From a virus (Duplodnaviria; Heunggongvirae; Uroviricota; Caudoviricetes), in the IMG/VR virus record IMGVR_UViG_2657244940_000005: a stretch of DNA of 14,144 nucleotides; one strand, given 5' to 3'. The notes beneath the pieces were generated by a model that was not told where the DNA came from, made no database searches, and saw nothing but the letters and a program-made list of their open reading frames with translations. Numbering within the stretch: the stretch's first letter is position 1; each line of letters begins with the position of its first letter. Shown here one piece after another: positions 6,770 through 14,144 of the stretch. The position numbers were made by a program, and so were the translations under genes.

Positions 6770-8535
6770 CAGAAAATCTCCACAATGTTGCTGGTATTGG
6801 CGGCTTCGCCCTGCAGCGGTTCGTTAAACAGTGCGTGCATCGTTGCCCAGGCCAAATCTGCGTGGCTGGCTTCTTCGCTGCGGCTGGCTTCATAGGTAGG
6901 GCGGTTGCCGCTGGCTGTAGTGGCGCGACGGATAGCCATAAAGGATTGCGCAATGTCGGTGTGCCCGGCGTCAAACTCCAGACGGCGGTGGCTGATAATG
7001 TCGTATGCCTTGAGCACCAGTGCGTTTTTGACGTTGGGGTTGTAGACAAACTCCCGCACCGCAGGAAAGAACGCTTTCACGTTCTCGTAGACACCGTGAC
7101 CAACGCCGGTCGAGTCGATGCCGATATATGTCACGTTGTACTGCTGCGTCAGTTTTTTAATGGCATCAGCCTGGGCGCGGAAGTCCATTCCGCGCCACTG
7201 GTGACGCTCAAGAATGCGGAACTTACCACCTGGCACGGCTGGCGGTGCCACCACCACGCATCCGGCGCTGTCGCCGTTCTGCGTACCTTTTGCCGGGTCA
7301 TAACCGATCCACACTTCGCGCCAGCCAAACGGGCGCAGCGCCAGTGCATGAAAGTCGGTCCAGACTTCCCAGCTGTCTACCATGCACGCCTGCAGCTCGC
7401 TGAGCGGGAATACGGACGCGAGATCGTCCACGAACTCACACATCAGCAGATTCTGGTATTCGTCCGGGCTGTACTCCATGCGCAACTGGTCAAGGTCGAA
7501 CAGGTTACATCCGCCGCGCACCGCATCTTCCACAGTGACTATCTGGCGGTACTGCCCGTCTGCGCACAGCAGGCCGGGGGCCAGATTGCTGTGGGACAGG
7601 TCGATGTCCACCTTATCGGCTTTGTTGCGCCCTCGGTTGAACAGCGCACCGGACCAGAACGGATAAGCACTGTGTGTCAGGCTGGATGGCGTGGAAAAAT
7701 AGGTCTGTCGCCATTTTTTGTGAATAGCCATACCGGAAGCCACTTTGCGCAGCTCCTGGAATTTCGGTATCCAGAAATATTCATCCAGATACAGGTTGCC
7801 GTGGTAACTCTGGGCCGTGCGGGCATTGGTGCCGAGGAAGTAAAGCGTGGCCCCGTTAGGAAGCACCATCGGATCACCTTTCAGCTCCACCTCGACTTCA
7901 TTGGCGAAATCGATGATGTACTGCTTAAAGACGTGAGCCTGTGCCTTACTGGCAGAAAGGAAAATCTGGTTACGTCCGGTAAGCAGGGCGTCAATCAGGG
8001 CCTCACGGGCAAAATAGAAGGTCGCGCCGATCTGGCGTGACTTTAGCAGGTTGCGGATGCGGTTGGTTTTTCCGGCTTCCCACCAGTGGCGCTGGTAGTT
8101 AAACATGGAGGAATGGAAAATTTCTTCCAGCTTCTCAATTTGTTCATCGGTGAAAACATTCTTTTCCGGCTGACGGCGCGGGCCTTTGTTACGGTTGGCG
8201 ACGTTAGGGTTTAAGTCGGCTTCGTTGCCGCCATTGTTAAACTTGCCGATCCGCGCGTGGCGTTCCGACTGGCGCGCCAGCAGGTCAATTTCTTTGAAAT
8301 CTTTCCCTTCTTTGTGCTCCTTCATAATGAGCTGGCAGTAGCGTGCGGCGGTGGTGAGCTGCATCTGATCCAGCGGCCCATAGTCACCCCACTTGTCGCG
8401 TTTTTTCCAGCTGTGAACGGTTGCAACTTTCTCGCCCAGCATTTCAGCAATGCGGGCTACGCGGTATCCCTGAAAGTACAGCAGCATGGCCTGCCGACGG
8501 GGATCGAGATCTGCGGGTGTCAGTGTGGTGTTCAT
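6769..8535 (-). CDS. P: Terminase large (ATPase) subunit, P2 gpP family
   Basis: 588 aa versus 590 aa for P2 P; deviant Walker A of the lambda gpA type (LKSRQIGATF), Walker B (LYLDEY), and a C-terminal nuclease-domain-length extension. Confidence 0.92.
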   Translation of the reverse strand: MNTTLTPADLDPRRQAMLLYFQGYRVARIAEMLGEKVATVHSWKKRDKWGDYGPLDQMQLTTAARYCQLIMKEHKEGKDFKEIDLLARQSERHARIGKFNNGGNEADLNPNVANRNKGPRRQPEKNVFTDEQIEKLEEIFHSSMFNYQRHWWEAGKTNRIRNLLKSRQIGATFYFAREALIDALLTGRNQIFLSASKAQAHVFKQYIIDFANEVEVELKGDPMVLPNGATLYFLGTNARTAQSYHGNLYLDEYFWIPKFQELRKVASGMAIHKKWRQTYFSTPSSLTHSAYPFWSGALFNRGRNKADKVDIDLSHSNLAPGLLCADGQYRQIVTVEDAVRGGCNLFDLDQLRMEYSPDEYQNLLMCEFVDDLASVFPLSELQACMVDSWEVWTDFHALALRPFGWREVWIGYDPAKGTQNGDSAGCVVVAPPAVPGGKFRILERHQWRGMDFRAQADAIKKLTQQYNVTYIGIDSTGVGHGVYENVKAFFPAVREFVYNPNVKNALVLKAYDIISHRRLEFDAGHTDIAQSFMAIRRATTASGNRPTYEASRSEEASHADLAWATMHALFNEPLQGEAANTSNIVEIF

Positions 8536-8581
8536 GGCACAAACCTACAGCCTTGAATGAAGGCTTTCCCCGCCTGCGGTT

Positions 8582-8599
8582 TGTGTGGTTGTCGGTACA
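8582..8599. promoter_or_regulatory. TGT-N12-ACA dyad, candidate Ogr/Delta-type late-promoter activator site for the O operon
   Basis: TGTgtggttgtcggtACA in the P/O divergent intergenic region. The dyad centre lies about 88 bp upstream of the O ATG (8678), compatible with the -55 placement of P2 late-promoter dyads plus a ~30-nt leader. Confidence 0.45.
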
Positions 8600-8677
8600 A
8601 ATACCGCGCATTGTTTCACTGCCCCCATCACCGCAACCATAAGGCTCCAGTAAGTTTTTTCTAACGGAGCACGGCTC

Positions 8678-9511
8678 ATGACAGTGAAAGCAAAGCGTTT
8701 TCGCATCGGGGTGGAAGGTGCCACCACCGACGGACGCGAAATCCAGCGTGAATGGCTGGAACAGATGGCAGCCAGCTACAACCCGGCGGTTTACACCGCG
8801 CTGATTAACCTTGAGCACATCAAGTCTTATCTGCCGGACAGCACCTTTAACCGCTACGGCAAAGTGACGGCGCTGTTTGCTGAAGAAATCACGGAAGGTC
8901 CGCTGGCAGGCAAGATGGCGCTGTATGCCGACGTTGAGCCCACGGAGTCCCTGGTGGAGCTGGTGAAAAAAGGCCAGAAATTATTCACCTCTATGGAAGT
9001 CAGCCCGAAGTTCGCTGATACGGGCAAAGCCTACCTGGTCGGCCTGGCTGCCACTGATGACCCTGCCAGTCTGGGCACTGAAATGCTGACATTCAGCGCC
9101 AGTGCAGCCCATAACCCGCTGGCAAACCGCAAGCAGAATCCCGCCAATCTTTTTACCGCTGCAGAGGAAACGGTGATCGAACTGGAAGAAATCCAGGATG
9201 ACAAACCGTCCCTGTTTGCCCGTGTCACGGCGCTGTTCACCAAAAAAGAGCAGTCCGATGACGCCCGGTTCTCTGATGTGCATAAGGCCGTGGAACTGGT
9301 CGCCACTGAGCAGCAGAACCTGAGTGCGCGCACCGAAAAATCCCTGTCTGAGCAGGAAGAACGCCTGTCTGAGCTGGAGACTGCCCTGCAGGCACAGCAG
9401 ACCGCCTTTAACGAACTGGTGGACAAGCTGAGCCAAGAAGACAGCCGCCAGGACTACCGCCAGCGTGCAACAGGCGGTAACGCCCCCGCTGACACTCTGA
9501 CCAATTGCTGA
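8678..9511 (+). CDS. O: Capsid scaffolding protein, P2 gpO family
   Basis: 277 aa (P2 O is 284 aa as I recall), first gene of the rightward late operon, GGAG RBS; coiled-coil-rich C-terminal half (…LSEQEERLSELETALQAQQTAFNELVDKL…). Confidence 0.88.
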   Translation: MTVKAKRFRIGVEGATTDGREIQREWLEQMAASYNPAVYTALINLEHIKSYLPDSTFNRYGKVTALFAEEITEGPLAGKMALYADVEPTESLVELVKKGQKLFTSMEVSPKFADTGKAYLVGLAATDDPASLGTEMLTFSASAAHNPLANRKQNPANLFTAAEETVIELEEIQDDKPSLFARVTALFTKKEQSDDARFSDVHKAVELVATEQQNLSARTEKSLSEQEERLSELETALQAQQTAFNELVDKLSQEDSRQDYRQRATGGNAPADTLTNC

Positions 9512-9527
9512 TGGAGCACAAAACCTG

Positions 9528-10586
9528 ATGAAGAAGAATACCCGCTTTGCTTTTAACGCTTACCTGCAGCAACTGGCGCGTCTGAACGGTGTGGCAGTTG
9601 AAGAACTGTCCAGCAAGTTCACCGTAGAGCCGTCCGTGCAGCAGACATTGGAAGACCAGATCCAGCAATCCGCCGCTTTCCTGACGCTGATTAACGTCAC
9701 GCCAGTGACTGAGCAGTCCGGTCAGCTGCTGGGGTTGGGAGTTGGCAGCACCATTGCCGGAACCACTGATACCACCGCGAAAGAGCGTGAACCTGTCGAT
9801 CCGACGCTGATGGTCGATGTGGAATATAAATGCGAGCAGACCAACTTTGACACGGTACTGACCTACGCGAAGCTGGACCTGTGGGCGAAGTTTCAGGATT
9901 TTCAGGTGCGTATCCGTGACGCCATCGTGAAACGTCAGGCACTGGACCGCATCATGATCGGCTTTAACGGCGTGAAGCGTGCGAAAACCTCCAACCGTAG
10001 CGAAAACCCGTTACTGCAGGATGTGAATAAAGGCTGGCTGCAGAAAATCCGTGAGGATGCACCGGATCACGTCATGGGCAGCACCACCACGGGCGGTGAA
10101 ACCACACCGGGTGCGGTGAAAGTCGGGAAAGGTGGCGAATATGCCAACCTGGACGCCGTGGTGATGGATGCCGTTAATGAGCTTATCGACGTGGTCTATC
10201 AGGACGATGACGATCTGGTGGTGATTTGCGGTCGTGAACTGCTGTCTGACAAGTATTTCCCGCTGGTCAACAAAGAGCAGGAAAACAGTGAAAAACTGGC
10301 TGCCGATATGATCATCAGTCAGAAACGCATGGGTGGCCTGCAGGCCGTGCGTGCGCCGTTCTTCCCGCCGAATGCGCTGCTGATCACCCGTCTGGATAAC
10401 CTGTCCATCTACTGGCAGGAAGACACCCGCCGCCGTTCAGTTATCGACAACCCGAAACGTGACCGGATTGAAAACTTTGAATCCGTTAACGAAGCCTATG
10501 TGGTTGAGGACTACCGCTGCGCCGCACTGGTGGAAAACATCCAGATTGGTGATTTCAGCGCCGCCGCAGCCGAAACCGGAGCGTAA
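9528..10586 (+). CDS. N: Major capsid protein, P2 gpN family
   Basis: 352 aa; near-colinear with remembered P2 N (…TRFAFNAYL…KFTVEPSV…GKGGEYANLDA…ISQKR…LSIY…VVEDY…GDFS…). Confidence 0.93.
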   Translation: MKKNTRFAFNAYLQQLARLNGVAVEELSSKFTVEPSVQQTLEDQIQQSAAFLTLINVTPVTEQSGQLLGLGVGSTIAGTTDTTAKEREPVDPTLMVDVEYKCEQTNFDTVLTYAKLDLWAKFQDFQVRIRDAIVKRQALDRIMIGFNGVKRAKTSNRSENPLLQDVNKGWLQKIREDAPDHVMGSTTTGGETTPGAVKVGKGGEYANLDAVVMDAVNELIDVVYQDDDDLVVICGRELLSDKYFPLVNKEQENSEKLAADMIISQKRMGGLQAVRAPFFPPNALLITRLDNLSIYWQEDTRRRSVIDNPKRDRIENFESVNEAYVVEDYRCAALVENIQIGDFSAAAAETGA

Positions 10587-10589
10587 TCC

Positions 10590-11240
10590 ATGAGCCTGAG
10601 TCCCGCACGGCAGCATCGCCTGCGCGTTCAGGCTGAACAGGCCGCCCGCGAGGGCGGCAGTGTTCGCCACGCATCGGGCTATGACCTGATGCTGCTGCAA
10701 CTGGCGGAAGACCGCCGCCGTCTCAAGGGCGTTCAGTCCACGGTCAAAAAAGCGGAAATCAAGGTGGAGCTGCTGCCGAAGTACGCCGCCTGGGCAGAGG
10801 GTGTCCTGGCTGCCGGAGGCGCTCAACAGGATGACGTGCTGATGTACGTGATGCTGTGGCGCATTGATGCTGGAGATTATGCCGGAGCGCTGGAGATCGG
10901 GCGTCATGCCCTGCGTCATGGCTGGGTGATGCCGCTGGGTAACCGCAACGTGCAGACCGTGCTGGCAGAGGAAATGGCAGACGCCGCGCAGAGCGCAATG
11001 CTTGCCACCACCGGCTTTGATGCCGATCTGTTGCTGCAGACGCTGGAGCTGACAGACGGTCTGGATATGCCGGACCAGTCACGGGCGCGTCTGCATAAAG
11101 CGATTGGCGCGGTCCTGAGTGAAAGCAATCCGGCGTCTGCCCTTAATCATCTCAACCATGCGTTACAGCTCGATCCCCGCTGTGGCGTGAAAAAAGACAA
11201 ACAGCAGCTGGAGCGCAGACTGCGCAATGACAGCCGCTGA
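10590..11240 (+). CDS. M: Terminase small (endonuclease) subunit, P2 gpM family
   Basis: 216 aa; matches remembered P2 M (…AQQDDVLMYVMLWRIDAGDYAGALEI…LELTDGLDMPD…); starts 4 nt after the N stop. Confidence 0.88.
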   Translation: MSLSPARQHRLRVQAEQAAREGGSVRHASGYDLMLLQLAEDRRRLKGVQSTVKKAEIKVELLPKYAAWAEGVLAAGGAQQDDVLMYVMLWRIDAGDYAGALEIGRHALRHGWVMPLGNRNVQTVLAEEMADAAQSAMLATTGFDADLLLQTLELTDGLDMPDQSRARLHKAIGAVLSESNPASALNHLNHALQLDPRCGVKKDKQQLERRLRNDSR

Positions 11241-11335
11241 CAGAACGTGCCCCCGCGCACGGGCGGCACGGGGTGGCGAAAGGCACTGCCACATCAAAAC
11301 CCCGTCCACCGCCCTCTATTTCAGGAGAAAGCAGC

Positions 11336-11800
11336 ATGAAGTTTGTTGCGCCAGAACAGGCACCGGAACAGGCGGAAATCATCAGAAATACGCCGTTCTG
11401 GCCTGATGTGGACCTGTCGGAGTTTCGCAGTGTCATGCGCACTGACGGCACGGTGACGCAGCCGCGTTTAAAGCAGGTTGCGCTGTCGGCAATTTCGGAG
11501 GTCAACGCAGAGCTGTATGAGTTTCGCAGACGCCAGCAGATGCTGGGGTATGCCTCGCTGGCAGAGGTTCCGGCGGAACAGCTGGACGGCAAAAGTGAGC
11601 GCATTCAGCACTATTTCAACGCGGTTTACTGCTGGGCACGCGCCATGCTCAACGAACGTTACCAGGACTATGACGCCACGGCATCCGGTGTGAAGCGGGG
11701 CGAGGAACTGGCGGAAGCCAGCGGTGATTTATGGCGTGACGCCCGCTGGGCCATCAGCCGGGTACAGGACGCGCCGCACTGCACAGTGGAGCTTATCTGA
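11336..11800 (+). CDS. L: Head completion/stabilisation protein, P2 gpL family
   Basis: ATG at 11336 with AGGAGA upstream (154 aa); the six-frame ORF from 11273 begins at a GTG with no RBS. Position after M and before X matches P2. Confidence 0.82.
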   Translation: MKFVAPEQAPEQAEIIRNTPFWPDVDLSEFRSVMRTDGTVTQPRLKQVALSAISEVNAELYEFRRRQQMLGYASLAEVPAEQLDGKSERIQHYFNAVYCWARAMLNERYQDYDATASGVKRGEELAEASGDLWRDARWAISRVQDAPHCTVELI

Positions 11801-12003
11801 TGAAAGTGCGTGCGCATCAGTATGACACGGTGGACGCGCTTTGCTGGCGTCATTACGGGCGCACGCAGGGTGTCACGGAGCAGGTACTGAAGGCAAATCC
11901 GGGGCTTGCCGAATATGGCCCCTTTTTACCTCACGGGCTGCAGGTGGAGCTGCCGGACATTCCGACAACCACCACCGTGCAGACCGTCCAGCTATGGGAC
12001 TGA
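11800..12003 (+). CDS. X: Tail protein X, P2 gpX family (LysM-like)
   Basis: 67 aa, the same length as P2 X; ATGA overlap with the L stop. Confidence 0.8.
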   Translation: MKVRAHQYDTVDALCWRHYGRTQGVTEQVLKANPGLAEYGPFLPHGLQVELPDIPTTTTVQTVQLWD

Positions 12004-12006
12004 ATT

Positions 12007-12222
12007 ATGACGCTTGAGCGAATCAGCGCCTTTATCACGTATTGCATCGCCGTCGTGCTGGCCTGGCTGGGCGATTTGTCCATCAAGGATGCCTCAACGC
12101 TGGGCGGCCTGATGATCGGTGTGCTGATGCTGGCTATCAACTGGTACTACAAACACAAAGCCTACCAGCTTCTGCGCGACGGGCAGATCACGCGGGAGGA
12201 CTATGAATCCATCAATCGTTAA
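12007..12222 (+). CDS. Holin, small two-TMD type (pinholin-like)
   Basis: 71 aa with two hydrophobic segments (ISAFITYCIAVVLAWLG and LGGLMIGVLMLAINWYY) and a charged C-terminus; sits immediately upstream of the endolysin. Confidence 0.78.
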   Translation: MTLERISAFITYCIAVVLAWLGDLSIKDASTLGGLMIGVLMLAINWYYKHKAYQLLRDGQITREDYESINR

Positions 12223-12715
12223 ACGCTGCCTTGTCGGGACCGTGCTGGCTATTGCTGCCACGCTGCCGGGTTTTCAGCAGCTTCACACCTCCGTGGAAGG
12301 ACTGAAACTGATTGCCGATTACGAAGGCTGTCGTCTGCAGCCGTATCAGTGCAGCGCGGGTGTATGGACTGACGGCATTGGTAATACGTCGGGCGTCATT
12401 CCCGGCAAAACCATTACGGAACGACAGGCAGCAGAAGGGCTTATCTCCAACGTGCTGCGTGTGGAGCGGGCGCTGGAAAGATGTGTGAAGCAACAGCCGC
12501 CACAAAAGGTGTATGACTCGGTGGTGTCGTTTGCCTTCAACGTGGGGACAGGCAATGCCTGCAGCTCCACGCTGGTGAAATTGCTCAATCAGCGGCGCTG
12601 GGCGGATGCGTGCCGACAGTTGCCGCGCTGGGTTTATGTAAAAGGTGTGTTTAATCAGGGGCTGGATAACCGCCGTGCGCGGGAGATGGCCTGGTGTTTA
12701 CAGGGAGCAAACTGA
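12203..12715 (+). CDS. K: Endolysin, phage lysozyme (GH24) family, P2 gpK position; possible N-terminal SAR segment
   Basis: 170 aa; lysozyme signature DYEGCRLQPY…GVWTDGIGNT; N-terminal Gly/Ala-rich hydrophobic stretch (CLVGTVLAIAATLPG); the start overlaps the last 20 nt of the holin gene. Confidence 0.88.
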   Translation: MNPSIVKRCLVGTVLAIAATLPGFQQLHTSVEGLKLIADYEGCRLQPYQCSAGVWTDGIGNTSGVIPGKTITERQAAEGLISNVLRVERALERCVKQQPPQKVYDSVVSFAFNVGTGNACSSTLVKLLNQRRWADACRQLPRWVYVKGVFNQGLDNRRAREMAWCLQGAN

Positions 12716-12717
12716 AA

Positions 12718-13094
12718 TGAAAAAGAAATTAATCAGCGGACTGTTTCTGATGTTATGGATGGCGTTGTTAATCGCAGCAATGGTGTATCCGCAGGGGATT
12801 TTTCCGGTACTGGCAGCGTCCGGCGTTTGGGTAGCCTGTTTGCTGACATGGGCGGTAATTCCGGTAGCACTGGCTGCGTTAATTAATAATAGCCCGCTCT
12901 GGCAGGAGTTAAGGGCATCTTTGCTGAAGACAATTACCCGAAAAGAAAACGTATTTATCAGTTGGGTGATGCGATTGCTGATTGTCGTAAGTCTCGCCTG
13001 GACGGGGTGGGCTATTACCCTGGTCTTTTATCTGCTGACCGTTATTGCCTTCTGGATCACCCGTAATCAGATGGCGCAACAGGTAGCAGCATGA
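12718..13094 (+). CDS. lysA: LysA-like integral membrane lysis-accessory protein
   Basis: ATG at 12718 (MKKKLISGLF…), 125 aa with multiple predicted TM helices; follows K as in P2. The six-frame ORF from 12645 overlaps K and lacks an RBS. Confidence 0.7.
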
Positions 13095-13519
13095 ACCGGT
13101 TGCTGCTGGTTGTGCTGGCGTTATTACTGGCGGCGCTGGGCTGGCAGACGTGGCGGCTGGCTGATGCCAGCCAGACCATCAGCACGCAGTCAGACGAGCT
13201 GCAGAGCAAAAGCCAGACACTGGCAAAGAGCAACAGCCAGCTTATTAGCCTGTCCATTCTGACTGAAACCAATAACCGGGAGCAGGCGCGGCTCTATGCC
13301 GAAGCAGAACAGACCAGCGCGCTGCTGAGACAACGACAACACCGGATCGAGGAGCTGAAACGTGAGAACGAGGATTTACGCCGCTGGGCTGATACTCCTT
13401 TGCCTGCTGACATTATCCGGCTGCGGGAACGTCCGACACTCACCGGAGGTGCAGCTTACCGTCAGTGGTTGTCCGCGAGTGACGCCGTGTCGGCTGGAGC
13501 AGGCAACGCCGCGCACTAA
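13091..13519 (+). CDS. lysB: LysB-like i-spanin (Rz-like)
   Basis: 142 aa; N-terminal TM anchor (LLLVVLALLLAALGW) followed by a coiled-coil-rich periplasmic region; ATGA overlap with the lysA stop. Confidence 0.75.
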   Translation: MNRLLLVVLALLLAALGWQTWRLADASQTISTQSDELQSKSQTLAKSNSQLISLSILTETNNREQARLYAEAEQTSALLRQRQHRIEELKRENEDLRRWADTPLPADIIRLRERPTLTGGAAYRQWLSASDAVSAGAGNAAH

Positions 13520-13652
13520 CGGTGATCTGGACGCGTTGCTGGATGAAACGGAGGCCGCCTGGGCGGTCTGTGCAGACAAAGTGGACATGATTATTGCGTG
13601 TCAGGAGCGAAACAGTGAACAAACCACAATCCCTGCGCCACGCCCTCAATAA
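13362..13652 (+). CDS. lysC: LysC-like o-spanin (Rz1-like outer-membrane lipoprotein), partly embedded in lysB
   Basis: Alternate frame overlapping the 3' end of lysB; lipoprotein signal with lipobox LLTLSGC; probable GTG start. Pro-rich C-terminus. Confidence 0.65.
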   Translation: MRTRIYAAGLILLCLLTLSGCGNVRHSPEVQLTVSGCPRVTPCRLEQATPRTNGDLDALLDETEAAWAVCADKVDMIIACQERNSEQTTIPAPRPQ

Positions 13653-14046
13653 AGCGGTGCCTTATGTCCGCAATAACCCGGACAAACTGCATCTGTTTGT
13701 GGATAACGGTTCGCTGGTTGCCACGGGGGCCAGCTCCATGTCGTGGGAGTACCGTTACACCCTGAACGCGGTGATTGAGGATTTCAGCGGCGACCAGAAT
13801 CTGCTGATGGCCCCGGTTTTGCTGTGGCTGAGGGATAACCAGCCCGATGCCATCAATAACCCGGCGTTACGGGAAAAACTATTCACCTTTGAGGTGGATA
13901 TTCTGCGCAACGATGTCTGTGATATCAGCCTGAACCTGCAACTGACGGAACGTGTGCTGGTCAGCACTGACGGCAGTGTGTCGAGTGTTGAAGCTGTAGC
14001 GGAACCCGATGAACCTGAAGAAATGTGGACGGTGAAACGTGGCTGA
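13615..14046 (+). CDS. R: Tail completion protein, P2 gpR family
   Basis: GTG at 13615 with AGGAG 7 nt upstream (VNKPQSLRHALNK…); the six-frame ORF from 13594 uses a TTG; position after lysC as in P2. Confidence 0.8.
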   Translation: MNKPQSLRHALNKAVPYVRNNPDKLHLFVDNGSLVATGASSMSWEYRYTLNAVIEDFSGDQNLLMAPVLLWLRDNQPDAINNPALREKLFTFEVDILRNDVCDISLNLQLTERVLVSTDGSVSSVEAVAEPDEPEEMWTVKRG

Positions 14047-14144
14047 ACTGCAGAAGGTGGACGACTGGCTGAGTGCTTTGCTGGCGAATCTGGAGCCAGC
14101 CGCCAGAAGCCGCATGATGCGCCAGCTGGCGCAGGAACTGCGCC
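14039..14144 (+). CDS. S: Tail completion protein, P2 gpS family, N-terminal part only (runs off the window)
   Basis: Open frame from GTG at 14039 (VAELQKVDDWLSALLANLEPAARSRMMRQLAQELR…) overlapping the R stop; assignment is by gene order. The start codon is uncertain. Confidence 0.5.
   Translation, partial: MAELQKVDDWLSALLANLEPAARSRMMRQLAQELR

Noticed and set aside
6754-8040. 428-aa plus-strand ORF
   Set aside because: Lies entirely antisense to the well-supported terminase P gene; Ala/Gly/Arg-rich composition typical of a spurious antisense frame in GC-rich coding DNA.
8981-9436. 151-aa and 131-aa minus-strand ORFs
   Set aside because: Antisense to scaffold gene O; low-complexity, Ser/Cys/Arg-rich translations.
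10437-11128. Minus-strand ORFs of 160, 107 and 70 aa
   Set aside because: Antisense to the capsid N and terminase small subunit M genes; no supporting signals.
11273-11335. N-terminal extension of gene L from the GTG at 11273
   Set aside because: No RBS, Pro/Ser-rich low-complexity extension, whereas AGGAGA precedes the ATG at 11336.
13594-13614. TTG start for gene R at 13594
   Set aside because: The GTG at 13615 has a well-spaced AGGAG Shine-Dalgarno; the upstream TTG lies within the lysC coding end without an RBS.
1-14144. CRISPR arrays, tRNA or rRNA genes, insertion-sequence inverted repeats
   Set aside because: No regularly spaced direct repeats, no tRNA-like cloverleaf candidates and no transposase-like ORFs were seen on either strand.

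Overview
This window is almost entirely a P2-like (Peduovirus-type) temperate phage segment from an enterobacterial genome, annotated by reading the six-frame translations against remembered P2/186 proteins; no searches were run. Order: a left-edge mosaic of two apparent chromosomal gene fragments (RibD-like deaminase on +, an unplaced fragment on -), then a rightward early operon (small ORF, TraR/DksA-type zinc finger, Dam-type methyltransferase, replication endonuclease A), an AT-rich cargo locus with two small genes (hypothetical and DinI-like) in the position P2 uses for tin/old, a terminator pair bracketing the probable cos region, then the leftward packaging operon and the rightward late operon O-N-M-L-X-holin-endolysin-LysA-LysB-LysC-R-S (S truncated by the window). 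The most unusual element is an extra 241-aa gene wedged between the terminase ATPase gene P and the portal gene Q. It encodes a diverged standalone copy of the terminase ATPase core only, is translationally coupled to both neighbours, and carries a Walker-B Asp to Ser change. Canonical P2 has no gene there as far as I recall. No integrase, repressor, att site, tRNA or CRISPR array is visible in the window.
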